Assembly: GCF_009914755.1 (NCBI RefSeq)
Contig: NC_060944.1
From: the human T2T-CHM13v2.0 reference genome, Homo sapiens
DNA length: 64,000 nt
Direction: 5' to 3' (one strand)
A model generated the notes under the pieces. That model was given only the letters and a program-made list of their open reading frames with translations. It was not told the DNA's origin and did not search any database. Numbering within the stretch: the first letter of the stretch is position 1; each line of letters starts with the position of its first letter. Position numbers and translations under genes: made by a program. Of this stretch, positions 31,101-43,600 are shown piece by piece.

Positions 31101-32190
31101 GGAGTGAAATAGAATGGAATGGAATGGAATGGAATGGAATGGAATGGAATGGAATGGAATGGATTGGTGAAATGTAATGCTAGGTAAGATTGTGTCACTG
31201 CACTCCACTCTGCGTGTCAGAGTGAGATCGAATCGATATAAAAGAATGGAATGGAAGGGAGTAGAACGGGAAAGAAAGAAGTGGATGGAAATGGAGAGGA
31301 GTGGAATGGAGTGGAGTGGAAGGGAATGGAGGGGAGAGGAGGGGAGTGGAAAGGAGTGGAGCAGAGTGGAGTGGAGTGGACGGGAGTGGAAAGTAGTGGA
31401 AAGGAGTGAAATGGAATGGAATGGAATGGAGAGGAGTGAAAAGGAATGGAGTGGAATGGAACAGAACCATACGGAATGAAATGGAATGGAATGTATTGGA
31501 GTGGAGTGCAGTGGAGTTCAGTGGAGTGGATAAGAGTGCAAGTGAATGGAATGGAATGGAATGGAATGGAATGGAATGGAATGGAATGGAATGGAATGGA
31601 GTGGAGTGGAATGGAATGGAATGGAAAGGAATGGAATGGAATGGAATGGAATGGATTCCACTGGAGTGGAGTGGAGTGGAATGGAGAGAACTGGAAACTG
31701 AAGGAATAGAATGGAGTGGAGTGAAATGGAGTGGAATGGAATGGAACAGAAGGGAAAGGAATTGAATGGAATGGAATGGAATGGAATGGAATGGAATGGA
31801 ATGGAATGGAATGGAATGGTGAAATGTAATGAAAGCTAAGATTGTGTCACTGCACTCCAGACAGGGTGTCACAGTGAGATCCGATCGAAATAAAGCAATC
31901 GAATGCAACGGAGAAGAATAGAAAGAAATGGAGTGGATGGGAATGGAACGGAGTGAAATAGAGTGGAGTGGAGTGGATTGGAATGGAAAGGAGGGGAGTG
32001 GAGTGGAGTGGAATGGAGTGGAAAGGAGTGAAATGGTGTGGAATGGAATGGAGAGGTGTGGAATGGAATGGAGGGGAATGGAACGGAACGGTACAGAATG
32101 AAATGGAACGGAATGGAATGTACAGGAATGGAGTGCACTGCAGTTGCGTGGAGTGGATTGGAGTGCAGTTGAATGGAATGGAATGGAATG
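25136..32190 (+). repeat. Divergent satellite-3-like block, mixed GGAGT/GGAAT pentamers with embedded Alu 3' fragments
   Basis: Pentamer repeat in which GGAGT is roughly as common as GGAAT, with GCAGT/TGAGT variants. No CAACCCGAGT interruptions. Nine Alu-derived ~52-bp inserts between 26773 and 31882. Confidence 0.9.
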
Positions 32191-34305
32191 GAATGGAATC
32201 AACCTGAGTGGAATGGAATGGAATGGAATGGAATAGAATGAAATCAACCCGAGTGGAACGAAATGGAATGGAATGGAATAGAATGGAAAGGAATGGAATG
32301 GAATGCAATGGCCTGTAATGGAATGGAATCAACTGGAATGGAAAAAATGGAATGGAATGGAATCGAATGGAAGGGAATGGAATCAACACGAGTGGAATAG
32401 AATGGAATGGAATGGAATGGAATGAGATGGAACGCAACGGAACGGAATGGAATGCAATGCAATGGAAAGGAATGGAATGGAATGGAATGGAATGGAATAA
32501 AAAAGAGTGGAATGCAATGGAATGGTATGGAATGAAACGGAATGGAATGGAATGGAATAAACCCGAGTGGAATGGAATGGAATGGAATGGAATGGAATGG
32601 AATGGAATGCAATGGAATGGAATGGATTGGAATGGAATGGAATGGAATGGAATGGAATGGAATGGAATGGAAACAACTGGAATGGAATGGAATGGAATCA
32701 ACACGAATAGAATGGAATGGAATGGAATGGAATGGAATGGAATGGAATGGAAAGGAATCAACCCGAGTAGAATAGAATGGAATGGATTGGAATGGAATGG
32801 AATGGAATGGAATCAACCCGAGTGCAGTGGAATGGAATGGAATGGAAGGGAATTGAATGGAAAGGAATGGAATGGAATGGAATCAACTGGATTGGAATGG
32901 AATGGAATTGAATCAACCAGAGTGGAATGGAATGGAATGGAAAGGCATGGAATGGAATAGAATGGAATGGAATGGAATGAAATGGAATGGAATACTATGG
33001 AATCAAACTGACTGGAATGGAATGGAATGGAATGGAATGGAATGGAATGGAATGGAATAGAATGGAATCAACACGAGTGGAATGGAATGGAATGGAATGG
33101 AATGGAATCAACGCGAGTGAAACGGAATGGAATGGAATGGAATGGAATCAACCCGAGTGGAATGGAATGGAATGAAATAGAATGGAATGGAATGGAATGG
33201 AATGGAATGGAATGGAATGGAATGGAATGGAATAAATCCTACAGTAATGGAATGGAATGGAATGGAATCAACGCAAGTGGAATGGAATGGAATGGAATGG
33301 AATGGAATGGAACGGAATCAACGAGAAGGGAATCAAATGGCATGGAATGGAATGGAATCTATCCGAGTGGAATGGAATGGAATGGAATGGAATGTAAAGG
33401 AATGTAACGGAATGGAATCAACGCGAGTGGAATGGAATGGAATGGAATGTCATGGCATGGAATGGAATGCAATCAAACCGAGTGGAATGGAATGGAATGG
33501 AATGGAATGGAATGGAATGGAATGGAATGGAATCAACCTGAGTGGAACAGAATGGAATGGAATGGAATGGAATGGAATGGAATGGAATGGAATGGAATGG
33601 AATGGAATGGAATGGAGTGGAATAGAATGGATTGGTGAAATGTAATGCTAGGTAAGATTGTGTCACTGCACTCCACTCTGCGTGTCAGAGTGAGTTCGAA
33701 TCGATATAAAAGAATGGAATGGAAGGGAGTAGAACGGAAAAGAAAGAAGTGGATGGAAATGGAGAGGAGTGGAATGGAGTGGAGTGGAAGGGAATGGAAG
33801 AGAGAGGAGGGGAGTGGAAAGGAGTGGAGCAGAGTGGAGTGGAGTGGACGGGAGTGGAAAGTAGTGGAAAGGAGTGAAATGGAATGGAATGGAGAGGAGT
33901 GAAAAGGAATGGAGTGGAATGGAACAGAACGATACGGAATGAAATGGAATGGAATGTATTGGAGTGGAGTGCAGTGGAGTTCAGTGGAGTGGATAAGAGC
34001 GCAAGTGAATGGAATGGAATGGAATGGAATGGAATGGAATGGAATGGAAAGGAATGGAGTGGAATGGAATGGATTCCACTGGAGTGGAGTGGAGTGAAAT
34101 GGAGAGAACTGGAAACTGAAGGAATAGAATGGAGTGGAGTGAAATGGAGTGGAATGGAATGGAACAGAAGGGAAAGGAATTGAATTGAATGGAATGGAAT
34201 GGAATGGAATGGAATGGAATGGAATGGAATGGAATGGAATGGTGAAATGTAATGAAAGCTAAGATTGTGTCACTGCACTCCAGACAGGGTGTCACAGTGA
34301 GATCC
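26773..34305 (+). mobile_element. Eleven tandemly amplified Alu 3'-end fragments (~52 bp each) embedded in satellite
   Basis: Consensus GTGAGCTAAGATTGTG(C/T)CACTGCACTCCAGTCTGGGTG(A/T)CAGAGTGAGATCC vs Alu 3' end GTGAGCCGAGATCGCGCCACTGCACTCCAGCCTGGGCGACAGAGCGAGAC. Copies start near 26773, 27210, 28181, 28813, 29393, 29820, 30172, 31179, 31831, 33647 and 34254. Confidence 0.9.
32191..33630 (+). repeat. Canonical HSat3 (GGAAT)n with CAACCCGAGT-type interruptions, first (duplicated) segment
   Basis: Long pure GGAAT runs punctuated by GGAATCAACCCGAGTGG and variants. Confidence 0.92.
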
Positions 34306-34600
34306 GATCGAAATAAAGCAATCGAATGCAACGGAGAAGAATAGAAAGAAATGGAGTGGATGGGAATGGAACGGAGTGAAATAGAGTGGAGTGGAGTGGA
34401 GTGGAATGGAAAGGAGGGGAGTGGAGTGGAGTGGAATGGAGTGGAAAGGAGTGAAATGGTGTGGAATGGAATGGAGAGGTGTGGAATGGAATGGAGGGAA
34501 ATGGAACGGAACGGTACAGAATGAAATGGAACGGAATGGAATGTACAGGAATGGAGTGCACTGCAGTTGCGTGGAGTGGATTGGAGTGCAGTTGAATGGA
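33631..34600 (+). repeat. Second copy of the terminal GGAGT/Alu-fragment block
   Basis: Near-identical to ~31160-32175, including Alu fragments GCTAGGTAAGATTGTGTCACTGCACTCCACTCTGCG and GAAAGCTAAG...CCAGACAGGGTGTCACAGTGAGATCCGATCG. Confidence 0.9.
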
Positions 34601-37600
34601 ATGGAATTGAATGGAATGGAATAAACCTGAGTGGAATGGAATGGAATGGAATGGAATGGAATGGAATGGAATGGAAGGGAATAGAATGAAATCAACCCGA
34701 GTGGAATGAAATGGAATGGAATGGAATAGAATGGAAAGGAATGGAATGGAATGCAATGGCCTGTAATGGAATGGAATCAACTGGAATGGAAAAAAAGGAA
34801 TGGAATGGAATCGAATGGAAGGGAATGGAATCAACATGAGTGGAATAGAATGGAATGGAATGGAATGAGATGGAATGCAATGGAACGGAATGGAATGCAA
34901 TGCAATGGAAAGGAATGAAATGGAATGGAATGGAATGGAATGGAATGGAATGGAATAAACAAGAGTGGAATGCAATGGAATGGTATGGAATGAAACGGAA
35001 TGGAATGGAATGGAATAAACCCGAGTGGAATGGAAAGGAATAGAATGGAATGGAATGGAATGGAATGGAATGGAATGGAATGGATTTGAATGGAATGGAA
35101 TGGAATGGAATGGAAACAACTGGAATGGAATGGAATGGAATGGAATGGAATCAACCCGAGTAGAATAGAATGGAATGGATTGGAATGGAATGGAATGGAA
35201 TGGAATCAACCCGAGTGCAATGGAATGGAATGGAATGGAATCAACTGGATTGGAATGGAATGGAATTGAATCAACCAGAGTGGCATGGAATGGAATGGAA
35301 AGGCATGGAATGGAATAAAATGGAATGGAATGGAATGAAATGGAATGGAATAGTATGGAACCAAACTGACTGGAATGGAATGGAATGGAATGGAATCATC
35401 GCGAGTGAAACGGAATGGAATGGAATGGAATGGAATCAACCCGAGTGGAATGGAATGGAATGAAATAGAATGGAATGGAATGGTATGGAATGGAATGGAA
35501 TGGAATGGAATGGAATAAATCCTAGAGTAATGGAATGGAATGGAATGGAATCAACGCAAGTGGAATGGAATGGAATGGAATGGAAAGGAATGGAATGGAA
35601 TGGAACGGAATCAACGAGAAGGGAATCGAATGGCATGGAATGGAATGGAATCTATCCGAGTGGAATGGAATGGAATGGAATGGAATGGAAAGGAATGTAA
35701 TGGAATGGAATCAACGCGAGTGGAATGGAATGGAATGGAATGGAATGGAATGGAATGGAATGGAATGGAATGGAATGTCATGGCATGGAATGGAATGCAA
35801 TCAAACCGAGGGGAATGGAATGGAATGGAATGCAATGGAATGGAATCAACCTGAGTGGAACAGAATGGAATGGAATGGAATGGAATGGAATGGAATGGAA
35901 TGGAATGGAGTGGAATAGAATGGAATGGAATGGAATCAACCCAACTGGAAATGAATGGAATAAAATGGAAAGGAATGGAATGGAATGCAATCAAACCGAG
36001 TGGAATGGAATGGAATGGAATGGAATGGAATGGAATGGAATCAACCCAACTGGAACTGAATGGAATAAAATGGAAAGGAATGGAATGGAATGGAATCAAC
36101 CTGTGAGGAATGGCATGCAATGGAATGGAATGGAATGGAATGGAAAGGAAAGAAAAGGAATTTAACCACGTGCAATGGAATGGAATGGAACGGAAGGGAA
36201 TGGAATGCAATGGCATGCAATGGAACGGAATGGAATCAACCCGAATGGAAAGGAATAGAATGGAATGGAGTGGAATAGAATGTAATGGAAGGGAATAGGA
36301 TGGAATCACCCAGAGTGGAATGGATTGGAATGGAATGGAATGGAATAGAATGGAATAGAATCAATGCGAGTGGAATGTTGTATAATGGAATGGAATGGAA
36401 TGGAATGGAATGGAATGCAATGGAATGGAATCAACCCGAGTGGAATGGAATGCAATGGAATATAATGGGATGCAAGGGAATGGAATGGAAACAACCCGAC
36501 TGGAATGGATTCGAATTTAATGGAATCAACCCCAGTGTAATGGAATGGAAAGGGAAAGAATGAAATGAAATGGAATGGAATGCCATGGAATGGAATGGAA
36601 TGAACCCGAGTGCAATGGAATGGAATGGAATGGAATGGAATAAACCTGTGTGGAATGGACTGAAATGGAATGGAATGGAATGGAATGGAATGCAATGGAA
36701 TGGAATGGAATGGAATCAAACAGAGTGGATTGGAAAGGAATGGAATGGAATGAAATGGAATGGAAAGGAATTTAATGGAATCAACCCGAATGTAATGTAA
36801 TGTAATGTAATGGATTGGAATGGAATGAAATGGAATGCAATGGAATGGAATGGAATCAACTGTATTGGAATGGAATGGAATGGAATGGAATGGAATGGAA
36901 GGGAATGGAATGGAATGGAAGGGAATGGAATGGAATGGAATCAAACGGAGTGGAATGCAATGGAATGGAATGGAATAGAATGGAATGGAATGGAATAGAA
37001 TGGAATGGAATGGAATGGAACGGAATGGACTTGAATGGAATGGAATGGAATGGAATCAAGCGAGTAGAATGGAATGGAATGGAATGGAATGGAATCGAAT
37101 GCAATGGAATGGAATTTAATAGAATCAACTCGAGTGCAATGGAATGGAATGGAATGGAATGGAATGGAATCAAACCGAGTGGAATGGAATGGAATGGAAT
37201 GGTTTGCAATAGAATGGAATGGAATAGAATCCAACAGAGTGGAATGGAGGGGAATGGAATGGAATGGAATGGAATTTAATGCAGTCAACCCGAGTGGAAT
37301 GGTGTGAAATGGAATGGAATGGAATGGAACGGAATAAATTGGAATGGAATGGAGTCAACTTGTGTGGAATGGAATGGAATGGAACGGAATGAAATAGAAT
37401 GGAATCAATCCCAGTGGAGTGCAATGGAACGGAATGGAATAGAATGAAATGGAATGGAATCAAACCGAGAGAAATGTGAAGGATTGGAATGGAATGTAAT
37501 GGAATGGAATCAAACCGATTAGAATGGTATGGAATGGAATGGAATGGAATGGAATGGAATGGAAGGGAACCAATCCAAGTGGAATGGAATGGAATGCCAT

Positions 37601-40600
37601 GCAATGGAATGGAATGGAATGAAATGGAATGGAATGAAGCCGAGTGGAATGGAATGGAGTGGAATGGAATTGAATAGAAACAACCATAATGGAATGGAAT
37701 GAAATGAAATGGAATGGAATCAAACCGAAAGGAATGGAAAGGAATGAAATGGAACGCAAAGGAATGGAATCAAACCGAGTGGAATGGAATGGAATGGAAT
37801 GGAAAGGAATGAAATGGAATGCAATGGAAACGAATTAACCACAGTGAAATGGAAAGGATTGGAATGGAAAGGAATGGAAAGGAATGGAATGGAGTGGAAT
37901 CAACAAGAGTGGAATTTAATGAAATGCTTGTAATGGAACGGAATAGAATGCAATGGAATGGAATGGAATGGTATAGAATCAACCCTAGTGGATTGGAATG
38001 GAAAGGAATGGAATGCAATGGAATCAACCGGAGTGGAATGGAATGGATTGGAATGGAATGGAATGGCATGGAATGGAATCAAACCCAGTGGAATGGAATA
38101 TATTGGAATTGAATGGAATTGAATCAACCCAAGTGGAATGGAATGTAATGGAATGGATTGAAATGGATAGGAATGGAATGGAACAGAATGTAGTCAACCA
38201 GAGGGGAATGGAATCCAATGGATTGGAATGGAATGCAATGGAATCAACCCGAGTGGAATGGAGTGTAATGTAATGTAATGGAATGGAATCAAACAGAGTG
38301 AAATGTAATGGAATGGAATGGAATGAAATGGAAAGGAATGGAATCAACCTGAGAGGAATGGTGTGGCATGGAATGGAATGGAATGCAAAGGAACGGAAAC
38401 AACATGAGTGCAATGGAATTGAAAGGAATGGCATGGAATGGAATAGAATGGAATGGAATGGAATGGAATGGAGTGGAATCAACCCGAATGGAATGGAATG
38501 GAAGGAATGGAATGGAATGGAATGAAATGGAATGGAATGGAATGGAATGCAAAGGAATCAACACGAGTGGAATGGAATGGAATGGAATGGAATGCAATGG
38601 ATTGGAATCAAGTCGAGTACAATGGAATGGAATGGAATGGAATGGAATGGAATGGAATGGAATGGAATGGAATGGAATGGAATGGAGTGGAATCAACCCG
38701 AGTGGAATGGAATGGAATGGAATGGAATGGAATGGAAGGGAAGGGAAGGGAAGGGAATGCAATGGAATCAACTGTAATGGAATGGTATGGAATCGAATGG
38801 AAAGGAAGGGAATGGAATGGAATGAGATGGAATCAACGCGAGTTGAATGCAATGGAATGGAAAGGAATGGAATGGAATGGAATGGAATGGAATGGAATGG
38901 AATGGAATGGAATGGAATGGAGTTGAATGGAATGGAATCAACGCGATTGCAATGGAATGGAATGGAATGGAATAGAATGTATTGGAATGAAATGGAATGA
39001 AACCGAATGGAATGCAACGGAATGGAACGGAATGGAATGGAATGGAATTGAATGGAATGGAATCCACCCGACTGCAATGGAGTGGAATGGAATGGAATGG
39101 AATGGAATGGAAAGGAATGGAATGGAATGGATTGGAATTAACCCGAGTGGAATGGAATGGAATGGAATGGAAAGGAATCACTTGGAATGCAATGGTGTTT
39201 AATGGAATGGAATGGAATTGGACGGAATGGAATGGAGTGGAATCAACACCAGTGGAATGGAATGGACCGGAATGGAAAGGAATGGAACGGAGTAAACTGG
39301 AATGACATGGTATTTAATGGCATGGAAAGGAATGGAATGGAATGGAAACAACCAGAGTGGAATTCAATGGAATGGAACGGAATGGAATGGAAGGAATGGA
39401 ATGGAATTGAATGGAGTCAACGCGACTGGAATGAAAAGGAATGGAACTGAATGGAATGGAATGGAATGGAATCAACCCAAGTGGTATGGAATGGATTGGA
39501 ATGGAATGTTATGGAATTGAATGGAGAGGAATCAAAACGAGAAGAATGGAATGGAATGGAATGAAAATGAAATGAGACGGAATGGAATGGAATGAAACGT
39601 AATGCAAGGGAATAGAATGGAATGGGATCAACTGGAATGGAATGGTATGGAAAGGAATGGAATGGAATGGATAAACCCGAGTGCAATGCAATAATTGGAA
39701 TGGAATGGAATGGAAGGGAAATGAGTGGAATGGAATGGAATCACTGCGATTGCAATGGAATAGAATGGAATGGAATCAAAAAAAGAGGACTGGAATTGAA
39801 TGGAATGGAATGGAATGGAATGGAATGGAATCAACCCAAGTGGAATGGAAAGGACTGGAAAGAATGGAATGGAATGGAATGGAATCAATCCAAGAGGAAA
39901 GGAATGGAATGGAATGGGATAGAATGCAGTGGAATCACCCAAGTGGAAAGGAATGGAATGGAGTGGAATGGAATCAACCAGAATGGAATGGAATGAATTG
40001 GAATAGAATGGAATGGAATGGAATCAAGCCGACTAGAATGGAATGCAATGGAAGGGAAGGGAATGGAATGGAATGGAATGGAATGGAATGGAATCTAATC
40101 AAGAGGAATGGAATGGAATGGAATGCAATGGAATGGAAGAAAGCTGAGTGGAATGGAATGGAATGGGATGGAATGGAATGGAATCAAGCGTAATGGAATT
40201 GAATGCAAGGCAATGGAATCGAATCAACCCGAAAGAAATGGATTACAATTTAATGGAGTGGAATGGAATGGAATGGAATGGTATGGAATGGGATGGAATC
40301 AACACAAGTGGAATGGAATGGAATGGAATGTAATGGAGTGGAATTGAACGGAATGGAATGGAATGGAATGGAATTCAATGGAATTAAGCCGAGTGGAATT
40401 GAAAGGGATGGAATCTAATGGAATGGTTTCAACTGGAATGGAATTGATTGGAATGCAATTGAATGGAATCAACACGAAAGGAATGGAGTACAATAGAATG
40501 GAATGGAATGGAATGGAATGGAATGGAATGGAATGGAATGGAATGGAATGGAATGCAAGGGCATGGAATGGAATGGGATGGAATGGAATGGAATGGAATG

Positions 40601-43600
40601 GAATCCACATAAGTGGAATGGAATGGAATGGAAAGGGAAGGGAAGGAATGGAATGGAATGCAGTGGAATGGAACAGAATGGAATGGAATGAACCCGAATG
40701 GAATGCAAGGAATGGAATGGAATGGAATGGAATAGAATGGAATGGAATGGAATGGAATGGAATCAACATGAGTGGAAAGGAATGGAATGGAATAGAATGG
40801 ATTGGAATCAACCCGAGTGGAATGTAAAGGAATGGAATGGAATGGAATGGATTGGAAGGGAATAAACCCGTTTCGATTGGAATGGAATGGAATAGAATGG
40901 AATGGAATGGAATGGAATCAACCCGAGTGGAATGGAAAGGAATGGAATGGAATGGAATGGAATGGAATGGAATGGAATGGATTGGAATGGAATGCAATGG
41001 AATGGAAACAACACGAGAGCAATGGAATTGAATGGAATGGCATGGAATGGAATGGAATTGAATGGAATGGAGTGGAATCAACCCCATTGGAATGGAATGC
41101 AAGGAATGGAATGGAATGGAATGAAATGGAATGGAATGGAATGGAATGGAATGGAATGGAATGGAATCAACACGAGTGGAATGGAATGGAATGCAATGGA
41201 TTGGAATCATGTCGAGTACAATGGAATGGAATGGAATCTAATGGAATGGAATGGAATGGAATGGAATGAAATGGAGTGGAATCAACCAGAGAGAAATGGA
41301 ATGGAATGGAATGGAATGGAATGGAATGGAATGGAATGGAATGGAATGGAATGGAATCGAATGCAATGGAATCAAGTGTAATGGAATGGTATGGAATGGA
41401 ATGGAAAGGAATGGAATGGAATGGAATGGAATGGAATGGGATCAACGTGAGTTGAATGCAATAGAATGGAAAGGAATGGAATGGAGTGGAATGGAATGGA
41501 ATGGAATGGAATGGAGTTAAATGGAATGGAATCAACGCGATTGCAATGGAATGGAATGGAATGGAGTAGAATGGATTGGAATGAAATGGAACGAACCCAA
41601 GTGGAATGTAACGGAATGGAACGGAATGGAATGGAATGGAATGGAATGGAACGGAACGGAACGGAATGGAATGGAACGGAACGGAACGGAATGGAATGGA
41701 ATGGAACGGAATCCACTCGACTTCAATGGAGTGGAATGGAATGGAATGGAATGGAAAGCAATGGAATGGAATGGATTGGAATCAACCCGAGTGGAATGGA
41801 ATGGAATGGAATGGAATGGAATCACCTGGAAAGCAATGGTGTTTAATGGAATGGAATGGAATTGAATGGAATTTAATGGAGTGGAATCAACCCCAGTGGA
41901 ATGGGATGGAATGGAATGGAAAGGAATGGAATGGAGTCAACTGGAATGACATGGTATTTAATGGTATGGAAAGGAATGGAATGGAATAGAAACAACCAGA
42001 GTGGAATTCAACGGAATGGAATGGAATGGAATGGAAGGAATGGAATGGAATTAAATGCAGTCAACGCGATTGGAAAGAAGTGGAATGGAACGGAATGGAA
42101 TAGAATGGAATGTAATCATCCCAAGTGGAATGGAATGGAATGGAATGGAATGGAATGGATAGGAAAGGAATGGAACAGAATGTAGTCAACCCGAGTGGAA
42201 TGGAATGCAATTGATAGGAATAGAATGGAATGGAATTAACCCGAGTGGAATGGAATGGAATGGAATGGAATGGAATGGAAAGGAATGGAATGGAATGGAA
42301 TCACCCAGAGTGGAAAGTAATGTATTGGAATGGAATGAAATGGAATGGAATGGAATCAATCCGAGTGGAACGGTATGGCATGGAATGGAATGGAATGGAA
42401 TGGAATGGAATGGAATGGAATGGAAAGGAATCAACCCGTGTGGATTGCAAACGAATAGAATGGAATGGATTGGAATGAAATGGCATGGAATCAACACGAG
42501 TGGCATGGAATGGAAGGGAATGGAATCAACACGAGTGGCATGAAATGGAAAGGAATGGAATGGAATGGAACGGAATGGAATGGAATAGAAGGGAATGGAA
42601 TGGAATCAACCCAAGTGGAATGCAATGGAATGGAATGGAAACGAATGCAATTGAATGGAATGGAATCAACACGAATGAAATGGAATCGAATGCAAAGGAA
42701 TGGAATGGCATGGAATGGAATGGTATAGAACCAAAACGAGTGGAATGGAATGGAATAGAAAAGAATGGAAGGGAATGCATTCGAAAAACCCGAGTTTAAT
42801 GGAATGGAAAGGAATGTAATGGAATGGGATGGTATGGAATGGAATGGAATCAACCCGAGTGGAATGAAATGGAATGTAATGTAATGGAATGGAATGGAAT
42901 GGAATGGAATGGAATGGATGGAATGGAATGGACTGAACCACAGTGGAAAAGAATGGAATGGAAAGAAATGGAATGCAATGGAATGGAAAGGAATCAACCA
43001 TATTGGAATGCAATGGAATGGAATGGAATAGAATAGAATGGAACGGAATGGAACAGAATGGAATTGAATGGAATGGAAAGGAATGGAATCAAACTGAATG
43101 GAATGGAATGGTTTGCAATGGAATGGAATGGAATGGAATAGAATCCAACAGAGTGGAATGGAGTGGAATGGAGTTGAATGGAATGGAATGGAATGGAATG
43201 GAATGGAATGGAATGGAATTTAATGCAATCAACCCGAGTGGAATGGTGGGGAATGGAATGGAATGGAATGGAATGGAAGGGAATGGAATGGAATGGAATG
43301 GAATGCAAAGGAATAAATTGGAATGCAATGGAGTCAACTCGAGTGGAATGGAATGGAATGGAATGGAATGAAATAGAATGGAATCAATCCCAGTGGAGTG
43401 CAATGGAATGGAATGGAATAGAAAGAAATGGAAGGGAATCAAACCGAGTGAAATGGGAAGGAATGGAATGGAATGGAATGGAATGGAATGGAATGGAATG
43501 GAATGGAATGGAATCAATCCAAGTGGAATGGAATGGAATGCCTTGCAATGGAATGGAATGGCATGAAATGGAATGGAATGAAGCCGAGTGGAATGGAATG

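Noticed and set aside
26773-34305. Conserved ~52-bp repeats separated by variable spacers, superficially CRISPR-like
   Set aside because: The repeats are Alu-derived, the spacers are 300-1800 bp of satellite pentamers, the context is primate, and there are no cas genes.
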